A stretch of DNA of 64,000 nt from Gammaproteobacteria bacterium (GTDB lineage: Bacteria; Pseudomonadota; Gammaproteobacteria; CAJXQU01). The notes under the pieces were generated by a model. That model was given only the letters and a program-made list of their open reading frames with translations. It searched no databases and was not told where the DNA came from. Position numbers and translations under genes: made by a program. The stretch covers positions 3,072,001-3,136,000 of the forward strand of contig CBDEGZ010000003.1 of assembly GCA_965238175.1 (NCBI GenBank), read 5' to 3'. This document shows, one piece after another, positions 35,895 through 44,858 of this stretch. Every line of letters begins with the position of its first letter. The first letter of the stretch is position 1.

Positions 35895-38312
35895 TTATTT
35901 AGATTTTGTCTTTGCCTTCGCCTTGGCTTTTTTCTTCGCCTTACTTTTAGCCTTAGATTTGGCTTTATTCTTAGTCTTAGCTTTTACCTTAGTTTTAGCC
36001 TTTGCTTTAGCTTTTCGTTTACCACGTCCACGTTCTGGTGCTTCTTCAATCATCTTTGTCGCTTCTTCTAAAGTGATCGATTCTGGTTCTTTATCTTTTG
36101 GGATCCGGGCATTTTTCTTGCCATCAGTAACATAAGGACCATAGCGCCCTTTTAGTACCTTTATATCGGTCCCTGCAAATTCTTTTATATTCTTTTCTGC
36201 ATCTTCTTTTTTCTTCAGCTCGATCAATTCTAACGCTCGATCGAGCGTGATGGTGTAAGGATCATCATCATCTTTGATAGATACATACTTATTGCCATAT
36301 CGAACATATGGACCAAAACGACCAACATTGGTCGAAACAGGATTTCCTTCTAAATCTTCACCCAGATCACGAGGAAGTTTGGTTAACTCCATGGCCTCTT
36401 CTAAAGTGATAGTATCGAGCTTTTGACCTGCTTGTAAACCATAAAACCGAGGCTTTTCATCCGCTTCCGCATCACCAATCTGAACATAGGCACCGAAACG
36501 TCCCATACGCACCGTGACTGGCTCACCTGTTTTTGGATCTGTACCTAATTCACGCGCTTGATTAGCATCTTTACGAGAAACATTTTCTTCTTTATCAAGT
36601 AATTGTTTCTCAAATGGCGTCCAAAATTCTTCAAGAACAGGGATCCATTGTTTTTCACCACGAGAAATTTCATCCAGTTTATCTTCAAGATTCGCCGTGA
36701 ATTCGTAATCAACATAAGTTGAAAAATGATCTGTCAGAAATTTGTTTACGAGACGTCCCATATCCGTTGGTGTGAAACGTTTCTTCTCAAACTCAACATA
36801 TTCTCTGTGTAATAAAGTTGAAATGATCGAAGCATACGTAGAAGGTCTTCCGATGCCATACTCTTCTAGTGTTTTAACAATGCTTGCTTCCGTAAAACGT
36901 GGAGGTGGTTCGGTGAAATGTTGATCGGCGAAAACGTCATTAAGATTGACCGTTTCACCTTCTTTTAGGACTGGTAATTTCTTTTCGTCACTATCACTTT
37001 CGTTGCTGTCATCTTTACCTTCAAGATAGACTGCCATAAAACCAGGATCTGCAACTGTCGAACCACTCGCACGAAAATTGTTCCCTTCGCCACATTTTAA
37101 ATCAACACCGACTTGATCAATCGTCGCATGCTTCATCTGACAAGCTACGGTTCGCTTCCAGATCAGATCATAAAGTTTGAATTGATCAGCACTCAGAAAC
37201 GGCTTCATATCTGTCGGCGTTCTTCTTGCCGAAGTCGGCCGTACGGCCTCATGCGCTTCCTGAGCATTTTTGGATTTACTCTTAAACATCCTTGGTTCAG
37301 GAGGAATTTCCGTTGTGCCATATCGTTCAGATACGAAATCACGGATCTCGTTCAGCGCTTCTTGCGCTAAATTTACCGAGTCGGTTCTCATATAGGTGAT
37401 CAAACCAACAGAACCTTCTTCAATATTGATTCCTTCGTAAAGCTGCTGTGCCGTCCGCATAACACGCTGCGCGGTAAAACCGAGTTTCCGTACACCTTCT
37501 TGTTGTAATGTCGAAGTAATGAAAGGCGGTGACGGATTCCTTTTTCTTTGTTTTTTCTCAACACGGCTAACGAGCAATTGGCCACCGGCCTTCTCGATCA
37601 GATCATCTCGGATCTTGTTTGCATTTTCTGCATCAGTGACAGAAAATTGTTTGATTTTTTCGTTCTGATAGAGATTTAATTTCGCACCAAAACTAACGCC
37701 ACCATGCGTATTAGATGCTTCTATTGTCCAATATTCCTTTGGATCAAAACGTTCGATTTCTTCCTCACGCTCAACGATTAAACGTAATGCTGGGCTTTGA
37801 ACACGACCTGCTGAAAGTCCTCGTGCAATTTTTTTCCAAAGTAATGGTGATAGATTAAAACCTACCAGATAATCAAGCGCACGCCGTGCCTGCTGTGCGT
37901 TAACCATCTCCATCGACAGTCCACGTGGTGCCTTAATCGCTTCTTGAATTGCACCTTTAGTAATTTCACTAAAAACAACCCGAAAAACCTCTTTGTTTTT
38001 TAGTAATTTCTTATCTTTAAGGATCTCAGCCAGGTGCCATGAAATGGCTTCTCCTTCGCGGTCCAAATCCGTCGCGAGATAAAGCGCATCGGCTTTCTTC
38101 ATCGCTTTGACGATCGCCGCAACGTGTTTGTTATTTTGGTCGACGGTTTCGTATTTCATTTCAAAACCGTGTTCGGTATCAACCGCACCTTTCTTCGGCA
38201 TTAAATCACGGACGTGACCGTACGAAGCCAAAACCTCGAAGTCTTTACCTAGGTAGCGTTTTATTGTGTTTGCTTTGGCCGGAGACTCGACCACAACCAG
38301 ATTACTTGTCAT
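35895..38312 (-). CDS. topA: DNA topoisomerase I with Zn-free C-terminal repeats and Lys/Ala-rich tail
   Basis: VVVESPAKA, ATDLDREGE, SAGRVQS, ITYMRTDS; three GR(F/Y)G.YV repeats. Confidence 0.97.
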   Translation of the reverse strand: MTSNLVVVESPAKANTIKRYLGKDFEVLASYGHVRDLMPKKGAVDTEHGFEMKYETVDQNNKHVAAIVKAMKKADALYLATDLDREGEAISWHLAEILKDKKLLKNKEVFRVVFSEITKGAIQEAIKAPRGLSMEMVNAQQARRALDYLVGFNLSPLLWKKIARGLSAGRVQSPALRLIVEREEEIERFDPKEYWTIEASNTHGGVSFGAKLNLYQNEKIKQFSVTDAENANKIRDDLIEKAGGQLLVSRVEKKQRKRNPSPPFITSTLQQEGVRKLGFTAQRVMRTAQQLYEGINIEEGSVGLITYMRTDSVNLAQEALNEIRDFVSERYGTTEIPPEPRMFKSKSKNAQEAHEAVRPTSARRTPTDMKPFLSADQFKLYDLIWKRTVACQMKHATIDQVGVDLKCGEGNNFRASGSTVADPGFMAVYLEGKDDSNESDSDEKKLPVLKEGETVNLNDVFADQHFTEPPPRFTEASIVKTLEEYGIGRPSTYASIISTLLHREYVEFEKKRFTPTDMGRLVNKFLTDHFSTYVDYEFTANLEDKLDEISRGEKQWIPVLEEFWTPFEKQLLDKEENVSRKDANQARELGTDPKTGEPVTVRMGRFGAYVQIGDAEADEKPRFYGLQAGQKLDTITLEEAMELTKLPRDLGEDLEGNPVSTNVGRFGPYVRYGNKYVSIKDDDDPYTITLDRALELIELKKKEDAEKNIKEFAGTDIKVLKGRYGPYVTDGKKNARIPKDKEPESITLEEATKMIEEAPERGRGKRKAKAKAKTKVKAKTKNKAKSKAKSKAKKKAKAKAKTKSK

Positions 38313-38331
38313 ATAAAATCAAAATGAAGCG

Positions 38332-38811
38332 TTAGTGCAAAATACCGTTATGTTCATCCATGATCAAATCTTCCATCCAACCAAAGGCTTTTTCAGAACC
38401 TGGTTGGTTAAATAAGACCATCAGAACAATCCATTTTAACTGTTCCATGTCAATCATATTGGACTCCAATACCATGACTCGATCGAGTATTAATTCGCGG
38501 CTATGGTGCCCTATCACGCCGATCTGTTCAAGGAACATCAAAAATCCGCGGCTTTCTAGATCTAGTTTTCCTTGCTCTTTATAAGTGTAAATGCGCACAG
38601 CTGTGCTTTCTGCCTGCTCACTAATCGCGATGTTGTCTTGCTGAGCAGTTAGCCCTTCTAGCCATGTAAATGCCTTTCCAATCTGTATCTCATCAAAGCC
38701 TGATTGTTGTAATTCTGGACGCAATGACTCCTGATCGATGGAAATATCATTCTCATTATCAATATAATTCTCAAAAAGAAAAATCAACACATCCAGTTCA
38801 GTTTGTTTCAT
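38332..38811 (-). CDS. smg: Smg/DUF494 protein
   Basis: DVLIFLFENY...GF...I.KAF.WL...RIYT..E...RGFLMFLEQ...LKWIVLMVLFN. Confidence 0.93.
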   Translation of the reverse strand: MKQTELDVLIFLFENYIDNENDISIDQESLRPELQQSGFDEIQIGKAFTWLEGLTAQQDNIAISEQAESTAVRIYTYKEQGKLDLESRGFLMFLEQIGVIGHHSRELILDRVMVLESNMIDMEQLKWIVLMVLFNQPGSEKAFGWMEDLIMDEHNGILH

Positions 38812-38841
38812 ATTCTAATTACTTAATTCTTCTATGTTGCT

Positions 38842-40008
38842 TCAGCATTTTCTAACATACCTTCCACCGGCTTGAGACTCGACATAGCCCTCTAACTCTA
38901 GGGCCAACAGGATGGAGGAAACATCACTAGCAGTCAATCCCGTTCGTTCAACAATTTCATTTACTGTGATCGGATCGTAGCCCAAACTTTCCAGTAATCG
39001 ATTTTGTTCACCTTGTAACGGTGCACTGGTATCTACAGATGAGGTGATAACAGAAGAGGCATTTGTCAGTATTGTACTTTGATCAGAAATTGAAGCTTCG
39101 TATAAAGGCCCTAAATCTTCAATAATATCCTCTACCGATTCGACCAATTTTGCACCTTCACGGATCAAAGCATGGCAACCCTTCGATTGCGGATTATGGA
39201 TAGAGCCAGGAACAGCAAATACCTCTTTTCCTTGCTCTAATGCAAAACGAGCAGTGATTAAAGAACCACTTTGTTTAGCCGCTTCGACAACGAGCGCCCC
39301 TAAAGCCAACCCACTGATCACTCTGTTTCTGCGAGGAAAGTTTTCTTTTCGAGGCATTGCTCCGGGCACAAATTCCGAAACTATCGCTCCCGTTTCAACG
39401 ATCTGTTCGGCTAATTTTAAGTGTCGTGCAGGATATATTCTATCTGGCCCTGTACCTAAAATCGCAATGGTTTTCCCACTCGCAGCCAACGCTCCTTGGT
39501 GTGCAGCAGCATCAATACCCAATGCCAATCCACTGGTAACGACCAAACCTGCTAACGCCAACGCTTGTGCAAATTCACGTGCGATTTCCAACCCACCTGG
39601 CGTGGCAGCTCGACTTCCTATAATCGATAGTTGTGGCTTTGACAATAATTCAGGATCACCATTTACATATAAAAGTATAGGTGGATCATTTAATTCCTTT
39701 AATAAAAACGGGTATCGGCGATCGTGCAGAGTAACTATGTGGTGTCGAGAATGGGCATCTATCCAACCCACGTCTTCTTCTACTTGGCGATCCGCATTCT
39801 TGATTTGATTTATGACGGTAGAAGTCAGTCCAGCATGCTTTAATTCTGCTGGCGAAGCATTGAAAATATGTTTTGGTGATTCAAACTTTTCCAGCAGCGC
39901 AAGGATCCTTTTGGGCCCAAATCCTTTAACACGATTTAAAGCTAACCAATCTTGCAGATCCTTATCGCCATCTAATCCAGAGTTCATTGATTGTTCAGTA
40001 TCTGACAA
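38842..40008 (-). CDS. dprA: DNA-processing protein DprA
   Basis: IIGSRAAT, SGLALGIDAAAH, FPRRNRVISGL, SGSLITA, VFAVPGSI; C-terminal wHTH. Confidence 0.96.
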   Translation of the reverse strand: MSDTEQSMNSGLDGDKDLQDWLALNRVKGFGPKRILALLEKFESPKHIFNASPAELKHAGLTSTVINQIKNADRQVEEDVGWIDAHSRHHIVTLHDRRYPFLLKELNDPPILLYVNGDPELLSKPQLSIIGSRAATPGGLEIAREFAQALALAGLVVTSGLALGIDAAAHQGALAASGKTIAILGTGPDRIYPARHLKLAEQIVETGAIVSEFVPGAMPRKENFPRRNRVISGLALGALVVEAAKQSGSLITARFALEQGKEVFAVPGSIHNPQSKGCHALIREGAKLVESVEDIIEDLGPLYEASISDQSTILTNASSVITSSVDTSAPLQGEQNRLLESLGYDPITVNEIVERTGLTASDVSSILLALELEGYVESQAGGRYVRKC

Positions 40009-40087
40009 CTCTCTTACATCACTCTACCCAAAGACCGGCGATGGTATCAGAGAAATGATCTTTCTCGAAATTCAGGAGTTACGTATG

Positions 40088-40227
40088 GAGACCTCAGCAT
40101 AACGTAGCGAGCGAAGCCAAGACGAGGCAAAATATAGGCCCAAAAGCGGAGTTTTCTGGTGTAAATGAGTATTTTAAGCCTATTTTTAACAAAGTATTGG
40201 CAAGCGTAGTAGTTATGCTGAGGCCTC
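40088..40227. mobile_element. 140-bp MITE / palindromic element (RPE-like)
   Basis: Terminal IRs GAGACCTCAGCATAAC / GTTATGCTGAGGCCTC (15/16); internal dyad AAAATATAGGC / GCCTATTTTT; non-coding; abuts the tsaP stop codon. Confidence 0.75.
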
Positions 40228-41323
40228 TTACGGTAAATGTACCGCATCATAAATATGTGCAGGGCGCTCTAGATCCATCACCAAAGCGTAACTAACCTTT
40301 TCGAACGTGCGGGAAAACCATCAACTCACCAATGCGTTCTTCTGGTAACTCAATCAATTCACTCAGACCAAAATGTTGCTGCTCATAAGCAATTGGATCA
40401 CGTATCAAGCGGCCACTTTCATGAATTGAAAGTACGTGCCCAGCCTCAAGGCCAGCTTTATTACCTATATTCAGAACCACCATTTGATACTGGCCAATTT
40501 GGGAAACACCATCGATAACGGAAATGATTTTGCCATTAATCTCATGATCTGGAGCATGCGGAATAAATTTCTCGCTGATAGGATCTTCTTCTGGTAATAG
40601 CCGATCACCAATTAAAACTTCCTGCTTTGATAAGGTAATGAACACGGTAGAGGGATCCCCAAAATGCTGCATTTCCGCATCAGCTACATAGATTGCCTCA
40701 TAGCCAAGTATCTTACCCTTACTATTTTCACCAGCAGGCACATCTCGATAGACCTCACCACTACGGAAGATCATATAACGGTGTTGTTGCTCGTTTTCAT
40801 TAATGCCACGTACATAGACCTTATTCTCTGCACCTGCGATCAAATGCTCATCCTGACTAGCGACGACATACGGCGCGAGTTCAAGGGTATCACTGGCAAC
40901 AACACGTGGTCGCGATAAAAAGGGACGTATAACATCCAATGGGATAGCCGGTATTGCATGATCGTTTATTGAAGCTCTTACACTTGGAGAAAGCTTAACA
41001 GTCCTTCCTCCAGATACAGATTTAGATGCATATTTAGATGCAGATCCAGATACCATTTTCAGACACGGTTTTCCATTGCAAAGTGTAAGCTCCAGAACAT
41101 CTCCCGGATAGATCAAATGAGGATTTTTAATTTGCGGGTTAACTTGCCATATCTCAGACCACAACCAGGGACTTTTTAAAAAGATAGCCGAAATATCCCA
41201 TAACGTATCACCTTTTTTTACAACATATTGTTGTGGATGATCTGTGCGAAGCTTGATATCTTCCGACATCGCCGTACATGAAATGCAAAACATAAACATG
41301 AAATAAATGATTTTTTTAGCCAT
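40228..41323 (-). pseudogene. tsaP: LysM-domain type IV pilus secretin-associated protein TsaP-like, with +1 frameshift near the 3' end
   Basis: YVVKKGDTLWDIS..FLKSPW.W.EIW..NPQIKNPHLIYPGD LysM; removing one G at 40311-40313 restores the conserved MVFRTFEKVSYALVM and a stop at 40228 (as sequenced it stops at 40292). Confidence 0.8.
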
Positions 41324-41472
41324 TTTAAACCCTTAACACCTCTATGTGTGAGACCATTGTGTGAATTATTCTGCAAGAAACGTGCACAAACGTATTAGAG
41401 CTTCACGTTTGTACTCGAAGTTTGCTATACTGTCTCTTAAATTAATTAACTGCTTTTAACCTGCTTAATTTT

Positions 41473-41976
41473 ATGACAATACTTGATATTCTCATCTACC
41501 CAGATCCAAGATTGCGACTCGTAGCAAAACCTGTAGAAAAGGTTGATAGCTCTATACATCGACTGTTAGACGATATGCTTGAGACTATGTACGATGAATC
41601 AGGCGTTGGATTAGCCGCAACACAAGTGGGTATTCAAAAACGTATTTTGGTTGCAGATGTCTCAACCAGAGAAGACTCCCCACTTTATCTGATCAACCCT
41701 GTAATAACTTACGCTGAAGGTAAAAGAGAAAAAGAAGAAGGTTGCCTTTCTCTTCCTGAGGTTAATGAAATCGTTGAGCGTGCAGACAGGATCCACGTAA
41801 AAGCACTTGATCGAAGTGGAAAAGAAATAGAAATGGATGCTGAAGGTACCCTGGCAATCTGTATCCAACATGAAATTGATCATCTGGATGGGAAACTATT
41901 TGTAGATTATATCTCTGCCCTCAAGCGCAACAGAATTAGAAAAAAGATGGAAAAACGCCTCCGTCAGGCCAGCTAA
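41473..41976 (+). CDS. def: Peptide deformylase
   Basis: [20 protein letters not shown] motifs. Confidence 0.97.
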   Translation: MTILDILIYPDPRLRLVAKPVEKVDSSIHRLLDDMLETMYDESGVGLAATQVGIQKRILVADVSTREDSPLYLINPVITYAEGKREKEEGCLSLPEVNEIVERADRIHVKALDRSGKEIEMDAEGTLAICIQHEIDHLDGKLFVDYISALKRNRIRKKMEKRLRQAS

Positions 41977-42018
41977 ATCAACTACTGATCAAAAACAGTT
42001 TCAGGCTCCAATATACAG

Positions 42019-42954
42019 ATGACCACCCCTTTGCGAATTGCATTTGCTGGCACGCCTGAATTTGCGGCCATTTCACTTGAAGGTCTTATAAAAAACAGTC
42101 AACATGAGCTTGTAGCTGTATTCACCCAACCAGATAGACCGGCAGGGCGGGGTAGAAAGATCCAGAAAAGTGCGGTGAAAGAAGTTGCAGAATTGCATAA
42201 TATAGCTGTTCTACAACCACACTCTTTCAATAGCTCGGAAACATTAGAGGCATTGCGCAATCTTGAACTTGACCTTTTAATCGTTGTTGCCTACGGACAA
42301 ATTTTACCTAGAGCTATTCTCGACACACCTCGTCTAGGCTGTATTAATGTCCATGGATCTCTGCTTCCACGTTGGCGCGGAGCAGCCCCCATACAACGTG
42401 CTATCGAGGAAGGTGATGCACAATCCGGTATTACAATTATGCAAATGGCAGAGTCATTAGACAGTGGCCCAATGTACTCAAAAACCTCGTGTAATATCGA
42501 TCAAACGGATACTAGCCAAACGCTACATGACAAACTAGCAAATCTAGGTGCGCAATGCTTACTTGAAACTTTGTCAGCCATTGCGAGTGGTTCAACAAAA
42601 TTAGAAGCCCAAGATGAGAGTCAAGTAACTTATGCCTCAAAACTGACAAAAGCTGAAGCAGAAATCGATTGGAGCGAACCTGCTTCAAGCATTCAACGAA
42701 AAATACGCGCCTTCAACCCCTTCCCTGTTTCATTCACTGAGTTATTTGATCAAAAAGTCCGAGTCTGGGAAGCCGAGGTGATTCAATCGGATCATAATGA
42801 GACAACCGGTACAATCAACAAGATCTCGCGTAATGGCATTGATATTGTTGCAAACGAAGGTTTATTACGGATCAAAACCCTGCAACTTCCAGGAAAACGT
42901 AAAGTCTCCGTATCCGACTTCTTGAATGCGAACCCTGATCTTGTTAAACCCTAA
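42019..42954 (+). CDS. fmt: Methionyl-tRNA formyltransferase
   Basis: FAGTPEFA, TQPDRPAGRG, NVHGSLLPRWRGAAPIQR. Confidence 0.97.
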   Translation: MTTPLRIAFAGTPEFAAISLEGLIKNSQHELVAVFTQPDRPAGRGRKIQKSAVKEVAELHNIAVLQPHSFNSSETLEALRNLELDLLIVVAYGQILPRAILDTPRLGCINVHGSLLPRWRGAAPIQRAIEEGDAQSGITIMQMAESLDSGPMYSKTSCNIDQTDTSQTLHDKLANLGAQCLLETLSAIASGSTKLEAQDESQVTYASKLTKAEAEIDWSEPASSIQRKIRAFNPFPVSFTELFDQKVRVWEAEVIQSDHNETTGTINKISRNGIDIVANEGLLRIKTLQLPGKRKVSVSDFLNANPDLVKP

Positions 42955-42982
42955 GCTAGTTTAATTCTGATCTGACCAGTTA

Positions 42983-44305
42983 ATGACCTCTGCAAAAAAT
43001 AATCCTCGCATGATTGCGGCAAAAATTGTTGATGCCGTTTTAAGCGAGCATCGTTCTTTATCCGATTGCGCATCACCACTTTTAGATCAAATAAGTGATC
43101 CTCGCGACCGTGGGCTGGCGCAAGAGTTAAGTTACGGCGTACTTCGTTGGTATGAACAATTAGATGCAATGGTGTCACCTTTGCTGCACCGTCCTATGAA
43201 AAAACGCGACAGTATTTTGAAAGCCTTACTTTTAATTGGTGCTTATCAAATTTTTCATTTACGAACACCAGAGCATGCTGCGGTATCTAGTACAGTTGAG
43301 TGTGCGCGACAATCAGGACGACCTTGGGCAACTTCTCTTTTAAATGGCGTATTACGAAACCTGATCAGAAAGTGTGAACACTTACTTACTCAGGTTAGCA
43401 ATTCAAATAAGCAGAAGTATAGTCACCCATCATGGCTCATCGAGAAAATAAAAACTGACTGGCCCAACGACTGGGAAACAATACTAAGCAATAACAACCT
43501 GCCTGCAAGCATGGCATTACGGGTCAATGTGTTAAAGAATGATCGCGATACTTATCTTTCTATGCTAGATGAACAGGATATTAAATATTCAAAATCAGAA
43601 TTTAGTAAACAGGGCCTATTACTTAAACAATCGATCAATCCGACTCGCTTGGCCAACTTTGAAGATGGCGCAGTTTCCATTCAGGATATCGCCGCCCAAC
43701 TGGCCATGCCTTTACTCGATTTAAAACCCGAGCAAAATGTTCTTGATGCCTGTGCCGCACCGGGCGGTAAAACAGCCCACATTCTTGAAACCGAACAAAA
43801 TTTGAATCGGTTAGTCGCTATAGATATAACCGAAAAAAGAATCGCTTTATTAAAAAATACGCTTACAAGACTTGGCTTATTAAATAATAACGTCCGTATT
43901 CTTGATCAAGATGCAACCACAACGCAACAATGGTGGGATGGACACAAATTTGATCGCATTCTGTTGGACGCACCCTGTTCAGCCACAGGTGTGATCCGTC
44001 GGCACCCGGATATTAAATATCACCGAAAAGCCAGTGACATCGATTCCTTGGTAAAAACGCAACGTTTACTGCTAAAAGCACTCTGGCCACTACTTGCCAG
44101 CGGCGGTCGGCTTGTATATGTTACCTGTTCAGTGTTTAAACAAGAGAATCAGGATCAAATAGCTTGGTTTTTATCCGAACAAAAAGATGCTGAAGAATTA
44201 AAGATTTCATCACCGTGGGGTCGCAATACAGCTTTTGGAAAACAAATTTTGCCAGGAGAAGGTGGAATGGACGGATTTTATTATGCCTGCTTGCATAAAA
44301 CATAA
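42983..44305 (+). CDS. rsmB: 16S rRNA m5C967 methyltransferase
   Basis: NusB-like N-domain; DACAAPGGKT, DAPCSATGVIRRHPDIK, TCS. Confidence 0.96.
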   Translation: MTSAKNNPRMIAAKIVDAVLSEHRSLSDCASPLLDQISDPRDRGLAQELSYGVLRWYEQLDAMVSPLLHRPMKKRDSILKALLLIGAYQIFHLRTPEHAAVSSTVECARQSGRPWATSLLNGVLRNLIRKCEHLLTQVSNSNKQKYSHPSWLIEKIKTDWPNDWETILSNNNLPASMALRVNVLKNDRDTYLSMLDEQDIKYSKSEFSKQGLLLKQSINPTRLANFEDGAVSIQDIAAQLAMPLLDLKPEQNVLDACAAPGGKTAHILETEQNLNRLVAIDITEKRIALLKNTLTRLGLLNNNVRILDQDATTTQQWWDGHKFDRILLDAPCSATGVIRRHPDIKYHRKASDIDSLVKTQRLLLKALWPLLASGGRLVYVTCSVFKQENQDQIAWFLSEQKDAEELKISSPWGRNTAFGKQILPGEGGMDGFYYACLHKT

Positions 44306-44858
44306 ATCGCAACTGATTGTCATTCTTATTACCCTGCTATCAGGTTCCATTTACAGTCAAATGTTTGCTGCGGAAATCAACGTCAACTATGTCGAATCCG
44401 ACATTGTTAATGGTATTTATGTCGTCACTGCCAATCTCTACTATGAATTAGGAGAGGAAGCCACAGAAGCCCTGAACAATGGCATTCCATTGTTATTCTA
44501 TATCGAAGTTGAATTTGAACAACCAAGAGAACTCATGTGGAATAAACCACTCATTCGTCATAGCCATAATGTACGGCTTGAGCATCATCCTCTTAGCGAT
44601 CAATATATTCTTACAAACTTGGCAACGAAGGATCAATTCAGCTTTGACTCTCTCAATGATGCTTTGCTCAAGCTAGGGAAAATTTCAAAACTACCTGTTG
44701 CAGAAGAAAATCAAGTTCAATATGAAAACGTTCTACTTGGCAAGATCCGATCGGGACTTGATATAGAAGCACTGCCGCCGCCAATGCGACTACAGGCATG
44801 GCTTTCTTCTGAATGGCGCGTCTCCACAGGCTGGGTTGAATGGGAGGTTTTTCCATGA
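44283..44858 (+). CDS. DUF4390-family exported protein
   Basis: Signal/TM, EAL.NGIPL.F, LPPPMR; conserved position between rsmB and ntrY. Confidence 0.8.
   Translation: MPACIKHKSQLIVILITLLSGSIYSQMFAAEINVNYVESDIVNGIYVVTANLYYELGEEATEALNNGIPLLFYIEVEFEQPRELMWNKPLIRHSHNVRLEHHPLSDQYILTNLATKDQFSFDSLNDALLKLGKISKLPVAEENQVQYENVLLGKIRSGLDIEALPPPMRLQAWLSSEWRVSTGWVEWEVFP

Noticed and set aside
41372-41388. Sigma54-like site upstream of tsaP (TGTGCACGTTTCTTGCA)
   Set aside because: The essential -24 GG is absent; at best a decayed site.
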